From Alphaproteobacteria bacterium (GTDB lineage: Bacteria > Pseudomonadota > Alphaproteobacteria > UBA828), in contig CAXXVO010000005.1 of NCBI GenBank assembly GCA_963422645.2, positions 128,001 through 192,000 on the forward strand: a stretch of DNA of 64,000 nucleotides. The letters run 5' to 3'. The notes beneath the pieces were generated by a model. It worked only from the letters and a program-made list of their open reading frames with translations. It did no database searches and was not told the DNA's origin. This document shows, piece by piece, positions 39,340 to 50,004 of the stretch (within the stretch, counting starts at the first letter, position 1; each line of letters starts with the position of its first letter). Both the position numbers and the translations under genes were made by a program.

Positions 39340-40966
39340 AGTTGGGGCCGCCCCCGCCTTCGGGCACCACCCATTCGATATTCTGCGTGGGGTCCTTGAT
39401 GTCGCAGGTCTTGCAGTGCACGCAGTTCTGCGCGTTGATCTGCAGGCGTGGCGGGCCGTCGGCGTCCTCCACGATCTCGTAGACACCGGCCGGGCAGTAG
39501 CGCTGCTCCGGCGCGTCGTAAAGCGCGAGATTCACCCCTATCGGCACGCCGTCGTCCTTGAGCGTCAGGTGCGCGGGCTGGTCCTCCTCGTGATTGGTGT
39601 TCGAGAGGTAGACCGAGCTCGGCTTGTCGAAGGAGACGACGCCGTCCGGCTTGGGGTAGGCGATCTTCGGCGCATCGGCGGCCTTCTTCAGGCTCTCGTG
39701 GTCTCGGCCGTGGCGGAGCGTCCAGGGCAGCACGCCGCCGGTCCAGAGCTCGATGAAGCTGATGGCGGTGCCGGCCACGAGCCCCCAACGAAATGCCGGG
39801 CGGCAATTCCTGACCTGCTTGAGCTCCTTCACCACCCAGGAGCGGCGTAACGCCGCCGGGTAGGAGTCGAGTGGCCTGGTGCCGTCGTCGGCCTCGCCCA
39901 ACGCGGCGAACACCGCCTCGGCCGCGAGCGCGCCGCTCTTCATCGCGTTGTGGCTGCCCTTGATCTTGGGCACGTTGAGGAAGCCCGCGGCACAGCCGAT
40001 CAGCGCGCCGCCGGGGAAGACGGTCTCGGGAATCGACTGGTATCCGCCCTCGTTGATCGCGCGCGCGCCGTAGCCCCGTCGCTGGCCCCCTTCCAGCACG
40101 GGGCGGATCAGGGGATGGGTCTTGAAGCGCTGGAACTCGTCGAAGGGCGAGAGGTGCGGGTTCTCGTAGTCGAGCGCCACGACGAAGCCGATCGAGACCA
40201 GGTTCTCGTCGAAGTGATAGAGGAAGGAGCCGCCGTAGGTGCGGCTGTCCAGCGGCCAGCCGAAGGTGTGCTGGATCAGGCCCGGCCGGTGCTTGCCGGG
40301 CTCGATCTCCCAGACCTCCTTGAGGCCGATGCCGTAGGTCTGCGGGTCCGAGCGCTTACGCAGATCGAAGCGCTCGGCCAGCTCCTTGGTGAGCGAGCCG
40401 CGCGCGCCTTCGGCGAAGAGCGTGTATTTCGCGTGCAGCTCAACGCCGGGCTCGTAGCTCGCCTTCTGGCTGCCGTCCCTGGCGATGCCCATGTCGCCGG
40501 TGGCGACGCCCTTGACCCGGCCGTCCTCGTGGTAGAGCACCTCGGCGGCGGCGAAGCCGGGGTAGACCTCGACGCCGAGCTCCTCCGCCTGCTGGCCCAG
40601 CCACCGGCACAAATTGCCGAGGCTGATGATGTAGTTGCCGTGGTTGCGCATTTGCGGAGGCAGGAAGGCGTTCGGCATCCTGATGCCGCCCTTCCTGGTG
40701 AGCAGGCGGAACTCGTCGCTGCCGGCCCGCGTGTTGAGCGGCGCGCCCTTCTCCTTCCAGTCCGGGATCAGCTCGTCGAGCGCGCGCGGCTCGAAGACGG
40801 CGCCGGAGAGGATGTGCGCGCCCACCTCGGAGCCCTTCTCCAGCACGGTGACGCTGATCTCGCGGCCGGCCTCCTCGGCGAGCTGGCGCAGGCGTATCGC
40901 GGCGGCGAGTCCGGCGGGACCCGCACCCACGATCACCACGTCGAACTCCATCGATTCCCGGCTCAT
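39326..40966 (-). CDS. Electron transfer flavoprotein-ubiquinone oxidoreductase
   Basis: [36 protein letters not shown]. Confidence 0.96.
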   Translation of the reverse strand: MSRESMEFDVVIVGAGPAGLAAAIRLRQLAEEAGREISVTVLEKGSEVGAHILSGAVFEPRALDELIPDWKEKGAPLNTRAGSDEFRLLTRKGGIRMPNAFLPPQMRNHGNYIISLGNLCRWLGQQAEELGVEVYPGFAAAEVLYHEDGRVKGVATGDMGIARDGSQKASYEPGVELHAKYTLFAEGARGSLTKELAERFDLRKRSDPQTYGIGLKEVWEIEPGKHRPGLIQHTFGWPLDSRTYGGSFLYHFDENLVSIGFVVALDYENPHLSPFDEFQRFKTHPLIRPVLEGGQRRGYGARAINEGGYQSIPETVFPGGALIGCAAGFLNVPKIKGSHNAMKSGALAAEAVFAALGEADDGTRPLDSYPAALRRSWVVKELKQVRNCRPAFRWGLVAGTAISFIELWTGGVLPWTLRHGRDHESLKKAADAPKIAYPKPDGVVSFDKPSSVYLSNTNHEEDQPAHLTLKDDGVPIGVNLALYDAPEQRYCPAGVYEIVEDADGPPRLQINAQNCVHCKTCDIKDPTQNIEWVVPEGGGGPNYANM

Positions 40967-41099
40967 GCGCGCTCTCGATTGTCGCGGAAAAAGCCGGGTA
41001 CGCAAGCGCCCCCAGCGCGCCGCCGCACAGCGATTGAGCATAACATTTTCGAGTTGCGCCGGTACCCGGCGCGCGGCGCGCTATGGCAAAATACGACCC

Positions 41100-42080
41100 A
41101 TGACCCTTCTCCCCATGCTCGCGCTGGCGCTCGTGATCGCGCTTTCAGGCGTGAGAGCAGAGGGGGTGGGCTTCCGCGACATCTACGTCGAGGCCGACGG
41201 CGAAGCGCTGGTCACCGCGCTCTGGTATCCGGCCGAGGCGGCAACCGGACAGATGACCATCGGCCCGTTCACCATGGATGCCAGCCGGGGAGCCCCGGTG
41301 GGCGGCGGGCGCTACGGCCTCATCCTGCTATCGCACGGGACCGGGGGCGGGCGCCTGAATCACCGCGACACGGCGATCCGTCTGGCAGAAGGCGGTTTCA
41401 TCGTTGCGGCGCCGGAACATGCCGGCGACAGTTGGCGCGACAAGAAATTCAGCGGTACGTCGGAGAATTGGCGCCGGCGTCCGCGCCAGCTGAGCGCGGT
41501 TCTGGATCGTCTCCTCGGCGACACCGAGTTCGGCCCCCGCATCGACCCGGCGCGCATCGGGGCCGTCGGGCACTCGGCCGGCGGCTACAGCGTGCTCGCG
41601 CTGATCGGCGGCCGGGCGGACATGACCGTACTCGCGCGCCACTGTACGCAGCGTCGCGACGAGGACCCGCAGTTCTGCGGCTATGGCCGGCCCGGAGGGC
41701 ACGACGACGAAGCGATGCCCGATCTTGCGGACCGGCGGATCGGTGCCGTCGTGGCCGTCGCGCCGGTCGGCGCCCTCTTCGGCGACGGGGCGTTTTCAGG
41801 CGCTGCGGTGCCGGCGCAAATTCATCGTCTGGGAGGTGATCGGATCCTGCGTCAGCCTTGGCACGCGGAAAACATCGCGGCTCTGATGGGAGAGGTCGCG
41901 CACCTGGTGGTTCATCCGGAGGCCCACCACTTCGCCTTCATCACGCCCTTTCCGCCCGCGATGGCCAATGAAGTGGGCGCTGCGGGGCGCGATCCGGATG
42001 GCTTTGACCGGCGCGCGTTCCTGTCCCAAATCGACGAGCAGATTCTGAGCTTTTTCGACGACGCCTTGCCCGCGCCATAA
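41100..42080 (+). CDS. Exported alpha/beta hydrolase (predicted dienelactone hydrolase-like)
   Basis: Signal peptide; LSHGTGG, GHSAGG, HFAF. Confidence 0.85.
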   Translation: MTLLPMLALALVIALSGVRAEGVGFRDIYVEADGEALVTALWYPAEAATGQMTIGPFTMDASRGAPVGGGRYGLILLSHGTGGGRLNHRDTAIRLAEGGFIVAAPEHAGDSWRDKKFSGTSENWRRRPRQLSAVLDRLLGDTEFGPRIDPARIGAVGHSAGGYSVLALIGGRADMTVLARHCTQRRDEDPQFCGYGRPGGHDDEAMPDLADRRIGAVVAVAPVGALFGDGAFSGAAVPAQIHRLGGDRILRQPWHAENIAALMGEVAHLVVHPEAHHFAFITPFPPAMANEVGAAGRDPDGFDRRAFLSQIDEQILSFFDDALPAP

Positions 42081-42104
42081 CCGCGGTTGCGCCCGGCGTC
42101 AGGT

Positions 42105-43796
42105 CTACGCGACGTAGCCGTAGTCGCGGCGTGCGGCCTCCGGCGTGATGTAGCCTTCCGCCAGGTCTTCTTCCACCGCCTCGGGCGCGCGCTCCCTGGG
42201 CTCGCCGTAGCCGCCGCCGCCGGGCACGATGAGCCGCACCCGATCGCCCGGCCGCAGGCGGATGTTGGCGTACTTGGAGGACGACGCCTTGCCGTGGGTC
42301 TCGGTCACCGGACGCCAGTCGTCCGCGCCATCGGGCCGGATCAGGGTCGCGCCCACCGCACCTTCCTGGCCGCCGAAGAGGCCCCAGGGCTTGATCCGGT
42401 GCCGGTCGGTGCACTGGCTCGCGGTGATCTCCGCCGACAGAGTGCGGAGCGTCTTGCGATAGCCCAACCCGCCGCGATGGCGGCCCGGGCCGCCGGAATC
42501 CGGCGTCATCGCGAAGTCCTCGATATGGAAGGGGAAGCGGGTCTCGAACACCTCGACCGGGTTGAAGCGGCAGTTGCCGTTGATGGCGATGACGCAGTCG
42601 TTGCCATCGGCGTAGTCGCGCCCGCCCCAGCCGCCGGAGATCAGGTCGTAGCAGGCGAAGTACTCGTCGTAGTCGGGGTGATGGCCGCCGAAGACGAAGT
42701 TGCCGCCGGTGCCGCTCTCCGCCGCCATCGCGCGTTCGGGCACGCCTTGGGCCAGCGCGCCGATCACGATCAGCGCGAGCCTCGGGTGGGTCTCGGTGTT
42801 GCCCGCGACTTCGGGCGCCGGGTAGTCGACGTTGGCGACCGTGCCGGGCCGGGCCACGATCTTGATCGGCCTAAAGCATCCCGAGTTCTTCGGGATCGAC
42901 GGGTCGGTCATGTGGAAGAGGGCGTTGTATGTCGCCGACCATGTCACGCCGAGCGTGGCGTTGATCGGCCCCTTGGCCTGGTCGTCGGTGCCCGAGAAGT
43001 CGGCGATCAGCTCGTCCCCCTGGACGAAGACGTCGACTCGTAGCTGGTAGGGTTTGTCCTCGATCCCGTCGTTCTCGACGGTATCCTCGAAGTGGTAGCG
43101 GCCGTCGGGGAACTGCGCGATCTCGGCCCGCATGCGGCGCTCGGAATAGTCCATGAGGTCGCGGCAGGTCTCCTGCCAGAGGTCGCGGCCGTACTTCGCC
43201 ACCATCTCCTTGAGGCGCGCCTCGCCGACGTCCAGCGCACCGATCATGGCGCGCAGGTCGCCGTAGTTGTAGCGAGGCGTGCGCACGTTCGCGAGCATCA
43301 GCTTCCAGACCGCATCGACATCGCGGCCACGCTTCATGATCTTTACCGGCGGCACCCGGACGCCTTCGTGGAAGATCTCCGTCGCCTCGCCGGCGAAGCC
43401 GCCCGGCACCATGCCGCCGACCTCGGCGATGTGGCCGATGGCGACAACGAAGGCCAAGAGCTTGCCGTCGGCGAAGACCGGCTTGAAGAGCGTATGCTCG
43501 GGCACGTGCAGGCCGCCCCGGTAGGGGTCGTTGTGGACGATGACGTCGCCTTCCTCGATCTGGTCGATCGGGATTTCCTCGGCGCAGGTCTTGATCAAGA
43601 GCGGCATTCCGCCGATCTGGGCGGGGCAGAACTCGGCGACCGAGACCATCTCGCCGTCGGTGTCGGCGATGGCGCAGGTGAAATCGAGGCCCTCGTTGAA
43701 GATCGTCGAGTAGGACGTCTTCATCAGGGTGATCCCCATTTCCCGGCAGATCGACACCATCGAGGAATCGATGATGTTCATCGTCACCATGTCCAT
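42105..43796 (-). CDS. Hydantoinase B/oxoprolinase family protein
   Basis: NDPYRGGLH, HIAEVGG, DSGGPGRHRGG, PGGGGYG. Confidence 0.92.
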   Translation of the reverse strand: MDMVTMNIIDSSMVSICREMGITLMKTSYSTIFNEGLDFTCAIADTDGEMVSVAEFCPAQIGGMPLLIKTCAEEIPIDQIEEGDVIVHNDPYRGGLHVPEHTLFKPVFADGKLLAFVVAIGHIAEVGGMVPGGFAGEATEIFHEGVRVPPVKIMKRGRDVDAVWKLMLANVRTPRYNYGDLRAMIGALDVGEARLKEMVAKYGRDLWQETCRDLMDYSERRMRAEIAQFPDGRYHFEDTVENDGIEDKPYQLRVDVFVQGDELIADFSGTDDQAKGPINATLGVTWSATYNALFHMTDPSIPKNSGCFRPIKIVARPGTVANVDYPAPEVAGNTETHPRLALIVIGALAQGVPERAMAAESGTGGNFVFGGHHPDYDEYFACYDLISGGWGGRDYADGNDCVIAINGNCRFNPVEVFETRFPFHIEDFAMTPDSGGPGRHRGGLGYRKTLRTLSAEITASQCTDRHRIKPWGLFGGQEGAVGATLIRPDGADDWRPVTETHGKASSSKYANIRLRPGDRVRLIVPGGGGYGEPRERAPEAVEEDLAEGYITPEAARRDYGYVA

Positions 43797-43916
43797 GCTG
43801 TGCTCTCCCCGCGTTGGGCCGCGTGCGCCACCGCGTGCTTCCAAACCGACATTACGGTCTTGCCGGCCGCTTGAGAAGGCGCGCGTTCGCTGGAAGGCGA
43901 AGGCTATACTCCCGCC

Positions 43917-44714
43917 ATGGCGCGATTCGCCGTGGTCTTTCTCCTCATTCTCACCGTGACGGCGGCAGGCGCCGCGAGCGGGTCCGCGGTCCCGCTGCCG
44001 GCGGGCCTTGCGCTCGACGCGGAAGCACGGGTGGTCGAGGTCATCGACGGCAGCACGGTCCTGCTCGATGACGGTGAGACGGTGCGCCTCGCCGGCATCG
44101 AGCCTCCGAAGCACATCGCCGGCGACGCCGCCTCCGACATGGAGCCGCTCGTGGAGACGTCACGGCAGACGCTCGCCCGTCTGGTTCAAGGCCGCCGGGT
44201 CGGCCTGGCAGTGGGCGGCGTTCCGCGGGACCGCCACGGCCGGCTGCGGGTGCATTTGGTGCGGAGCGACGACGGAACCTGGATTCAAGGTACGCTGCTC
44301 GCGGCCGGACTCGCGCGGGTCCATAGCCTCGTCGACGACCGTGCGGCGGCCGCCGAGATGCTCGTCATCGAAGATCGCGCGCGTGCTGCGCGTCTCGGTA
44401 TCTGGTCGCAGCCTGGCTATCGGGTGCGCGCTGCAGGCGAGGCGGACGGCGGGCTCCACAGCTTCCAACTGGTCGAGGGGCGGGTCAGGGCGGCAGCAGT
44501 GGTTCGGGGGCGCGGCTACCTCAACTTCGGTGACGACTGGCGTGAGGACTTCACCGTCTCCATCGGGCCGCGCGATCGCCGGCGGTTCGAGTCGGAGGGC
44601 GTCGCCATCGAGGACTACGAGGGGCGTCTGGTGCGCGTGCGCGGCTGGGTCGACTCGTTCAACGGCCCCATGATCGAGGCCACTCATCCCGAGCAGATCG
44701 AGGTGCTCGAATGA
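43917..44714 (+). CDS. Thermonuclease (SNase-like) family protein
   Basis: VIDGST, VRLAGIEPP, DRHGR, ARAARLGIW. Confidence 0.87.
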   Translation: MARFAVVFLLILTVTAAGAASGSAVPLPAGLALDAEARVVEVIDGSTVLLDDGETVRLAGIEPPKHIAGDAASDMEPLVETSRQTLARLVQGRRVGLAVGGVPRDRHGRLRVHLVRSDDGTWIQGTLLAAGLARVHSLVDDRAAAAEMLVIEDRARAARLGIWSQPGYRVRAAGEADGGLHSFQLVEGRVRAAAVVRGRGYLNFGDDWREDFTVSIGPRDRRRFESEGVAIEDYEGRLVRVRGWVDSFNGPMIEATHPEQIEVLE

Positions 44715-46198
44715 TGAGTCTTCGCCGCGCGGCGGCTGCGCCGGCGGCTCTGGCGATGGGCCTCGCGCTGGCCACAGTGGCGCCGCTTCTGCTCGGCGGA
44801 TGCAGCGTCAATCCGGCGACCGGCGACGAGCAGTTCACCGCCTTCCTCTCGCCCGAGGAAGAGCGAAGGGTCGGTGCCCAGGAGCATCCCAAACTGGTGG
44901 AGGCGTTCGGCGGCCTCTACGACGACCCCGCGCTCCAGCACTATGTGTCGAGCCTCGGCAGGCTGCTCCAGCAGACCTCGGAGCAGCCCGAGCCGCCCTT
45001 CACCTTCGTCGTCCTCGACAGCCCCGAGGTCAACGCCTTCGCTCTGCCCGGCGGCTACGTCCATGTCACGCGCGGCCTGATGGCCCTCGCCAACGACGAG
45101 GCGGAGCTCGCAGGCGTGATCGCCCACGAGATCGGCCACGTGACGGCCCGCCACAGCGCCGAGCGATACAGCCACGGCCTCGTCGCCGGCCTCGGCGCGG
45201 CACTCCTCGGCGCGGTCATCGACAACCAGACCGTCTCGGATATCGTGAACCTCGCTGCCGGCGCCTACGTGCAAGGCTATTCGCGCTCCCAGGAGCTCGA
45301 GGCCGACACGCTGGGCGTGCGCTATCTGAGCCGCAGCGGCTTCGACGCGACGGCGATGTCGAGCTTTCTGGAGACCATGGGGGCCGAGGCCGCGCTTGCA
45401 CGCAAGATTGCCGGGGAGCGCGGGGAGGGAGCGCAGGGGGGCCTCTTCGCGAGCCATCCGCGCACCGCCGACCGGGTGCGGGCAGCGGCCGGCACCGCGC
45501 AAGCCGAATTTGGCGGCGAGCGCGAACGCGACCCCTACCTCCGGCGCATCGACGGCATGATCTACGGCGATTCCCCCGAGGAGGGGTTCGTTCGCGGCCG
45601 GGCATTTGCCCATCCGGTGCTGCGGATCGCGTTCACGGCTCCGCCGGGTTTTCACCTGCGCAACGCGCCGGAGGCGGTGGTGGGAACGCACCCGTCAGGG
45701 GCCACGATGCGCTTCGACGAGGCCACGCTGGCGGGCCCGTCGATCAGCACCTGGCGCTATCTTCGAGGCGTCTGGGCAGCAAAGGTGCCGCTGACCAAAA
45801 TCGAGAGAACGCAAGTCGACGGCATGGACGCGGTGGCCGCGAGCACGCGCGTCCGCACCAGGTCGGGCGTGCGCGACGTGCGGCTGGTCGCCATCCGGGC
45901 CGCGCCCCAACGGGTCTATCGCTTCTTCTTCGTGACGCCGCCGCAACGGACGAGAGAATTCTCGACCCCCTTCCGGCAGATGATCGCGAGCTTCCGGCGG
46001 CTCGGCGTGGAGCAGGTCGCGAACCTGCGCCCGCTCAGGCTGCGTGTCGTCGAGGTCGCGCCCGGCGATACCGTGGAATCGCTCGCGGCCCGCATGCCCT
46101 TCAACGAGTTCCGCGCCGAGCGCTTCCAGGTGTTGAACGGCTTTCGCCCCGGCGCGCGCCTTCAGCCGGGCCAGCTTGTGAAGATCGTCACCGAATAG
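44711..46198 (+). CDS. M48-family metalloprotease lipoprotein with LysM-like C-terminus
   Basis: GGC lipobox, NAFALPGG, HEIGH, ELEAD, ASHP. Confidence 0.92.
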   Translation: MMSLRRAAAAPAALAMGLALATVAPLLLGGCSVNPATGDEQFTAFLSPEEERRVGAQEHPKLVEAFGGLYDDPALQHYVSSLGRLLQQTSEQPEPPFTFVVLDSPEVNAFALPGGYVHVTRGLMALANDEAELAGVIAHEIGHVTARHSAERYSHGLVAGLGAALLGAVIDNQTVSDIVNLAAGAYVQGYSRSQELEADTLGVRYLSRSGFDATAMSSFLETMGAEAALARKIAGERGEGAQGGLFASHPRTADRVRAAAGTAQAEFGGERERDPYLRRIDGMIYGDSPEEGFVRGRAFAHPVLRIAFTAPPGFHLRNAPEAVVGTHPSGATMRFDEATLAGPSISTWRYLRGVWAAKVPLTKIERTQVDGMDAVAASTRVRTRSGVRDVRLVAIRAAPQRVYRFFFVTPPQRTREFSTPFRQMIASFRRLGVEQVANLRPLRLRVVEVAPGDTVESLAARMPFNEFRAERFQVLNGFRPGARLQPGQLVKIVTE

Positions 46199-46232
46199 CC
46201 TGAGTCCTGTCCGGGCCTCTGCTGCGGCACGC

Positions 46233-47336
46233 CTACTCCGCTGCCGCCTGCCAGCCGATCTCCGCACGGAGCCGCGGCATGAGCTCGGTCGCGGTGAGCT
46301 CCATGTGGCGCCGCCACAGGTCCTTATGGACCCAGTCGTGGTGCGAGACGATCAGGGTCTCGAAGGGGCCGGTCTCGTCGCGGAATTGGGCGATCTTCTT
46401 GGCCACCGTCTTGGGGCTGCCGGCGGTGACGATGGTGTCGATGCAGTACTCGGGCGTCACCTCCTCGTCGGGCATGTCGGGGTCCGACTTAAGCATGTGG
46501 ACGAAGCCGCCGGCGCTGGTGACACCGATGATGTATTTGAAATACCAGTGGAAGGCGTTGTCCTCGCGCCTGAGGTACTGGCGTGCCTCCTCGTCGGTCT
46601 CGGTGATGAGCAGGGTGCGGCCCGCCTTCCACTTGGAAGGATCGGGTGCGCGCCCGAGCTTCTTGCGCTCGTCCAGATAGTCGCGCCAATGGCCCTTGAG
46701 CACGGCGTCGGGGACGAAGTTGGCGGAGATGCACATCCAGTCCCGCCGGGCGGCGAGGCGGATACTGCCGGAGCCCCGGCTCATCGCCGGGATCATCACC
46801 GGCGGATGGGGCTTCTGGTAGGGCTTGCCCATGGCGCCGACGCCGATGTCGGACAGCACGTTGTCCTTGATCTCGAAGTCCCAGTACTTGCCGTGGAATT
46901 CGTAGGGCGGGTCCGAGGCCCAGATGCCGTGGATCATGTCAATGGACTCGACCAGCATCTCCATGCGGTCGAGGTCGGCGATCTTGAACATCTCGAAGTC
47001 GGGCGGCGTGGCGCCGGGCCCGATTCCCATCAGGAAGCGGCCCTCGGAGATGTGGTCGAACTGCGCCGCCTGGCCCGCCACGATCGCCGGGTGCTGATAG
47101 GGCAGGCAGAGGACGCCGGAGCCGAACTTGATCCGCTCGGTCTGGGGCACCAGGGCGGCGAAGAGCATGAGCGGCGACTGGATCGGCTCGGAGGGAAGCG
47201 CGAAATGCTCGCCGAGCCAGACCTCGTCGAAGCCGACCGCATCGGCGCACTTGATGATCTCGAAATCTTCCTTCAGCAGCGTGTGATAGCCCCGCCGAAA
47301 ATCCTGGATCGGGTGCATGAACATGCCGAGCTTCAT
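46233..47336 (-). CDS. LLM-class flavin-dependent oxidoreductase
   Basis: MKLGMFM, VWLGEH, GRFLMGIG, PYQKPHPP. Confidence 0.9.
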   Translation of the reverse strand: MKLGMFMHPIQDFRRGYHTLLKEDFEIIKCADAVGFDEVWLGEHFALPSEPIQSPLMLFAALVPQTERIKFGSGVLCLPYQHPAIVAGQAAQFDHISEGRFLMGIGPGATPPDFEMFKIADLDRMEMLVESIDMIHGIWASDPPYEFHGKYWDFEIKDNVLSDIGVGAMGKPYQKPHPPVMIPAMSRGSGSIRLAARRDWMCISANFVPDAVLKGHWRDYLDERKKLGRAPDPSKWKAGRTLLITETDEEARQYLRREDNAFHWYFKYIIGVTSAGGFVHMLKSDPDMPDEEVTPEYCIDTIVTAGSPKTVAKKIAQFRDETGPFETLIVSHHDWVHKDLWRRHMELTATELMPRLRAEIGWQAAAE

Positions 47337-47426
47337 GGTGCGCCTCCCTGGCGGCGTTCTCCTCGCGTGGCGCTCATTATGGTAAGGCCGCCCGCCTGCG
47401 TGCAATGGGCGGGCGGCGTGTGAGTG

Positions 47427-48161
47427 TCAGCCGTCCTCGTCGACGAGCTTGGGCAGAATCTTGGTCTCGGCGCGCGCGACGTCCTCGGGAAAGTCGATCT
47501 CGATCCAGGGCAGGCCGGTCACGTCTTCCAGGCCGAAAGGCGGGCTGGCGGCACGGAGGACGGCAGCGATGGCGTCCTCCATCGGGCGTTCGCTGCCACC
47601 CTCTTCGATCATCCGCCCGGCGGTCTCGACGAGCGTGTTTGCCGTCCGCTCGCTGAGGCGGAAGAAGCCGACCGATTCGCCGTAGGCGTCGAGCGCCGGA
47701 TCGATGGTCTTGCCGAAGTCGGCGGGCGCACCGTCAACGACGCCGACCTTGACCGGCTCGTCGCCCGGCTCGAAGGCGCGGTCCACCAGCAGGCAATCGG
47801 CGTGGTGCGTCTCGGCCAGGGGTTCGAGCACGCGGCGGTCGTAGAGCACGTCGCCATCCATCAGGAGGACCGGGCCGCCTGCCGTGAGCGCGGCCCGCAC
47901 GCGCCAGAGCGTGACGATGCTGCCCTGCTCGTAATCCGGGTTGTAGATGGTCGAGACATCGGTCTGGCCCAGCGCCCCCAGCGCGCGCTCGATCGCGAGC
48001 GCCTCGTGGCCGATGCCGATGACCGCGTCGTTCACGCCGAGCGCGGAGAGGATGGCGAGGTGGCGCTCCAGCAGAGTGCGGCCGCCGAAACGCAGCAGCA
48101 CCTTGGGCTCCTCGATTGCCAAACGCCGGCCGACACCGGCGGCGAGCATGACGGCACGCAT
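47427..48161 (-). CDS. Nucleotidyltransferase (phosphocholine cytidylyltransferase-like)
   Basis: LAAGVGRRL...PK, MDGDV, WIEIDFPED. Confidence 0.85.
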   Translation of the reverse strand: MRAVMLAAGVGRRLAIEEPKVLLRFGGRTLLERHLAILSALGVNDAVIGIGHEALAIERALGALGQTDVSTIYNPDYEQGSIVTLWRVRAALTAGGPVLLMDGDVLYDRRVLEPLAETHHADCLLVDRAFEPGDEPVKVGVVDGAPADFGKTIDPALDAYGESVGFFRLSERTANTLVETAGRMIEEGGSERPMEDAIAAVLRAASPPFGLEDVTGLPWIEIDFPEDVARAETKILPKLVDEDG

Positions 48162-48212
48162 GGTTGAATGTCCGGCGTTGTCACGACCCCGTTTCGGGCT
48201 ATATGACGCCCC

Positions 48213-48896
48213 ATGGTCGAACGCAAGATCGGCGCAAGTGACGGGGGCAGCGGCGAGGATGCCGAGCCTGCCAAGGCGAAGCCACGCGTGGCCTGGGATC
48301 AGCGGCTCGCCCGCTGGATGGTGCGGCCGCTGGTGCACACGCCGGTCACGCCGAACCACATCACCACGGTCAGGCTGCTCCTCGGGCTCGCGGCCTGCGG
48401 CCTCTTCGCGGTGGGCACGCGGCCGGAAATTCTCTACGCCGCCGGGCTCTTCATGCTCTCGAACTTCGTCGATCACATGGACGGCGAGCTGGCGCGGCTT
48501 TCCGGCAAGTCCAGCCGCTTCGGCTATCACTACGACAACTACTCCGACGCCTTCATTCATGTGGCGCTCTTCTTCTGCATCGGCTTCGGCCTGCAGGACA
48601 GCTGGATCGGCAGCTGGGCGCCCTATCTGGGCCTCATCTCCGGAGTCTCGGTCTCGGCGCTCTTCCTCATGTTCTGGCGGATCGAGCAGCGCGCCGGCAC
48701 GCGCCAGGCGCGGCAGCCGATGTTCAAGGGAATCCACCTGGAGGACGCGATGTATTTCATCGGTCCGATCACCTGGGGCGGCGGCCTGATCGTGCTGCTG
48801 CTCGCCGGCGTTGCTCTGCCGCCGATCTACGTGGTCTGGCTTGCCTGGAAGGAGCGCAGGCTGCTGTTCGGCAAGCCGCCGGAGGTGCCGTCATGA
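48213..48896 (+). CDS. CDP-alcohol phosphatidyltransferase family protein
   Basis: TPNHIT and DxxDGxxAR...G...DxxxD signature. Confidence 0.9.
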   Translation: MVERKIGASDGGSGEDAEPAKAKPRVAWDQRLARWMVRPLVHTPVTPNHITTVRLLLGLAACGLFAVGTRPEILYAAGLFMLSNFVDHMDGELARLSGKSSRFGYHYDNYSDAFIHVALFFCIGFGLQDSWIGSWAPYLGLISGVSVSALFLMFWRIEQRAGTRQARQPMFKGIHLEDAMYFIGPITWGGGLIVLLLAGVALPPIYVVWLAWKERRLLFGKPPEVPS

Positions 48897-49879
48897 CCAC
48901 GCTGGTGACCGGCGCGACCGGCTTTCTCGGCTCCGCCGTCGCCCGCGCGCTGCTCGATGCCGGCCACGCGGTGCGCGTGCTGACGCGGCAGGGCGCCGAT
49001 ACGCGCAACATCGATGGCCTCGACGTGGAGCGGGCGATCGGTGATCTGAATGAGCGCGCTTCGCTGGAGCAGGCCGCGCAGGGCTGCGACACGCTCTTCC
49101 ACGTGGCAGCCGACTACCGGCTCTGGATTCCCGACCCGCCGGCGATCTATCGAACCAACGTGGAGGGCAGCCGCGACCTGCTGCGCGCCGCCGCCGCCGC
49201 AGGCGCCTCGCGCATTGTCTATACCTCGAGCGTCGCCACCCTCGGCCTCAACGCGGACCATTCGCCGGCCGACGAGGCGACGCCCGTGACCGAGGCCGCG
49301 ATGATCGGCCACTACAAGCGTTCCAAGTACCTGGCGGAGGAGGCGGTGCGCGCGCTGGTCCGCGACGAGGGGGTGCCGGCGGTGATCGTCAACCCCTCAG
49401 CCCCCATCGGCCCGCGCGACATCAAGCCGACGCCCACCGGGCGAATCATCGTGGATTTCGCCACCGGCCGGATGCCGGCCTATGTCGATACCGGCCTCAA
49501 CGTGGTCCACGTCGACGATTGCGCCGCCGGCCACCTGCAGGCGCTCGCGCATGGCGCCGTGGGGGAGCGCTACATCCTGGGCGGCGAGGACATGACGCTG
49601 CGGGAAATTCTCGAGTGCCTGGCGAAGCTCACGGGTCGCCCGGCGCCGCGCATCCGGCTCTCCCACCGGCTGCTCGCGCCGGTGGCCGCCGCCGGTGAAG
49701 CCTGGGCGCGTGTCGCGGGCGGGGAGCCGCGGCTCACCCGCGACAGCCTGCGCATGGCGCGCAAGATGATGTTCTTCTCGTCCGCCAAGGCCGAGCGCGA
49801 GCTCGGCTACAGGGCGCGCCCCGCGCAAGAGGCATTGGCCGATGCGCTCCGCTGGTTTCAGGCCAACGGCTACGTCTGA
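48893..49879 (+). CDS. hpnA: Hopanoid-associated NAD-dependent epimerase/dehydratase
   Basis: TGATGFLG, HVAADYRLW, YKRSK, DIKPTPTG. Confidence 0.82.
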   Translation: MTTLVTGATGFLGSAVARALLDAGHAVRVLTRQGADTRNIDGLDVERAIGDLNERASLEQAAQGCDTLFHVAADYRLWIPDPPAIYRTNVEGSRDLLRAAAAAGASRIVYTSSVATLGLNADHSPADEATPVTEAAMIGHYKRSKYLAEEAVRALVRDEGVPAVIVNPSAPIGPRDIKPTPTGRIIVDFATGRMPAYVDTGLNVVHVDDCAAGHLQALAHGAVGERYILGGEDMTLREILECLAKLTGRPAPRIRLSHRLLAPVAAAGEAWARVAGGEPRLTRDSLRMARKMMFFSSAKAERELGYRARPAQEALADALRWFQANGYV

Positions 49880-50004
49880 GCGTGCCTGCCCCCTCCCGCC
49901 GGGATCGATCCTTGCCGCACCCCTCGGGATGACGCTAGAACCGCTGGCACTGCCCTCCGGGCCGCCATGCCGCGGCACTCATCAAACCTGACGGGATCAC
50001 GGGA

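Noticed and set aside
43917-44714. Thermonuclease as a restriction partner for the IS-borne MTase
   Set aside because: It has a signal peptide, overlaps the M48 protease gene in the housekeeping half, and lies far outside the element.
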